Shown piece after piece: positions 62,611-64,000 of a stretch of 64,000 bases of DNA. The DNA is from Tubiluchus corallicola (Eukaryota > Animalia > Priapulida), in NCBI GenBank assembly GCA_030141605.1, contig JAQGDQ010000001.1, positions 1,302,001-1,366,000 on the forward strand, in the 5' to 3' direction. Each line of letters begins with the position of its first letter. Within the stretch, counting starts at the first letter, position 1. The notes beneath the pieces were generated by a model. The model saw nothing but the letters and a program-made list of their open reading frames with translations. It searched no databases and was not told the DNA's origin. The position numbers and the translations under genes were made by a program.

Positions 62611-63999
62611 TTAGGGTAGTACAAGCAGCTCCTTAGGTGCTTGGTGCTGTTTTCCTTTAGATAAATAGAATAACGCACCTCCGCGCAAAAAGTAACCTTT
62701 GCCTAATTTATATGCCTCTTCTTCTGTGCACGCGTTATCAATAATATTACGTATAGTGACATCCTCTTTTTGCTCTTCGCTGATCTGTTCAATTGTGACG
62801 TCAAGAAGCTGTTTCTGATCTTCAGCAGGCGAGTCCTTAACCGCTAGGCCATCGTTGGATGCTAACGAATCAAATACTTGCTGTTGTAACAGCGTGTCCT
62901 GCTTGACTTGAGCTTCTAGCTTGTCAGCCTGCGAGCGAGTTATTGCATAAATTGACTTCACATCTGTCGCTGATTGAGGCTTTTGTTTTGGTTGTGATTT
63001 ACTTGCAGCATTCTTCTTTGGTTTAACGCTGTATTTACCCGCTTCTTTATTAAATTTTGAAGCCTTTTCAGCATTCTCAGGGAATGGCTTTAATGCTGAC
63101 TCGTAATTATTTCCAAGTAAAAAGTCAACAGGTAAATTATTGCTTACGCTTACAGTCAGGATACCAAAGAAGCCAGGCCCAATAATTTCAACCTCCGCTA
63201 ATTTACTTTGCCTCATATCACCGCACGCGCATACGAACTTGTGTCGGAGTTCATTTAAATACTGATTAGCGCGAACGAATTTAGCATGTAACATGCTTAC
63301 ACCAGCTCCAGTGTCTCTTTGACCTTTTACCACGTAACCGTTAATTTTTGCTGTAAAACCAACGGGTTGTTTTCGGCCAGGTACATGATGCCAATCATCA
63401 TCATTATTTGGCATCTTTATTTCCGGTGTGTTAAACAATTGTTTGCCAGGTCTACCGAATAAAGCAGCATTAGCAGGTCGCATGACGTGTTCACTTCCCA
63501 AACGCGATCGACATTCGCTGCGCCTATGACCAGGCTTTCCACATGCGTAACAATGCATTTTGGTTGCAAGATTCTGGCTCATATTTGTATTGCTCGCGCC
63601 TCCACCTTGCGACGTGGCAACATTTGGTTTACCAGTCTTTTTAAATGAATAAACATTTTTCCCAGGAAGGGAAGTGATTTGTCTCGCTGCGACAAATTGA
63701 TCTGCCCGTTGGGCCATCTTCTCAATTGTCCTGATGCTATCCGTCCTTAACCAAGTGGCCAAATCGTGTGGCATCAAACTAAGCGCTTGTTCAATTACTA
63801 CTGCTTCATTAACAGTCTCAAAAGTCTCAGCTTGTATGGCTTCAAGATAGTCGCGCCAACTATTATCCAAGCGTCTGAAAAGCTGACGATAACTTTCATT
63901 CTTAAGCTTTATTGTACCGCGGAATCTCTCCAGGTAAACGTCAGTGCTTAGAATATACGCGCCAAGCAAAGCTTTGCGAACGTATGTGTAGTTCCGCAT
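62611..63999 (-). CDS. Gag (SCAN-like capsid C-terminal domain, CCHC knuckle) and aspartic protease portion of the polyprotein; 5'-incomplete
   Basis: Open from the window edge; Y..RFR....ESY.Q...RL......EQ.L..MP..L..WL pattern, CX2CX4HX4C, RDTGA...DFLLGN. Confidence 0.88.
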   Translation of the reverse strand: MRNYTYVRKALLGAYILSTDVYLERFRGTIKLKNESYRQLFRRLDNSWRDYLEAIQAETFETVNEAVVIEQALSLMPHDLATWLRTDSIRTIEKMAQRADQFVAARQITSLPGKNVYSFKKTGKPNVATSQGGGASNTNMSQNLATKMHCYACGKPGHRRSECRSRLGSEHVMRPANAALFGRPGKQLFNTPEIKMPNNDDDWHHVPGRKQPVGFTAKINGYVVKGQRDTGAGVSMLHAKFVRANQYLNELRHKFVCACGDMRQSKLAEVEIIGPGFFGILTVSVSNNLPVDFLLGNNYESALKPFPENAEKASKFNKEAGKYSVKPKKNAASKSQPKQKPQSATDVKSIYAITRSQADKLEAQVKQDTLLQQQVFDSLASNDGLAVKDSPAEDQKQLLDVTIEQISEEQKEDVTIRNIIDNACTEEEAYKLGKGYFLRGGALFYLSKGKQHQAPKELLVLP

Positions 64000-64000
64000 C

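Larger units (their letters stand above)
59053..64000 (-). mobile_element. Ty3/Gypsy LTR retrotransposon of Gmr1 type (gag-PR-INT-RT-RH); the 5' part extends beyond the window
   Basis: CYACGKPGHRRSEC zinc knuckle, DTGA protease, HHCC plus DD35E integrase with GPY motif, RT YIDD, RNase H TDAS...ADALSR, PPT and TG...CA LTR. Confidence 0.95.

Noticed and set aside
62611-62613. Programmed gag-pol readthrough stop
   Set aside because: It lies after the protease at the start of integrase, not at the gag-pol junction, and lacks a CARYYA-type context.
96-64000. Most remaining 60-125 aa ORFs in the ORF track
   Set aside because: They are intron read-throughs of real exons, antisense shadows of CDSs, or random AT-rich ORFs with TTG/GTG starts.

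Overview
AT-rich metazoan (probably invertebrate) genomic DNA with spliceosomal GT-AG introns; no prokaryotic features or CRISPR. Four host genes can be reconstructed by hand: an intronless kynurenine formamidase (AFMID-like, 349-1290, +); a 16-exon SPX-EXS phosphate exporter XPR1 (4588-33073, +, about 672 aa, with possible alternative C-termini); a 7-exon PAQR/haemolysin-III protein MMD/MMD2 (38236-44355, +, 256 aa); and a class A GPCR with a single-exon CDS (55375-56502, -). The right end (59053-64000, -) is a Ty3/Gypsy LTR retrotransposon with the unusual Gmr1-type order gag(SCAN-like)-PR-INT-RT-RH, a 574-bp 3' LTR and two disabling lesions. Introns and intergenic DNA hold many TE relics: a CR1-group LINE, MITEs, and a 2.15-kb hAT-like TIR element enclosing a LINE 3' end joined to a Gypsy gag relic. 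I cannot demonstrate a wholly new biological system. The best leads are the Gmr1-type element co-oriented upstream of the orphan GPCR, the composite TIR element, the in-frame stop-start ORF after the GPCR, and alternative XPR1 tails and MMD promoters. All calls come from manual translation and remembered motifs; no database searches were run.
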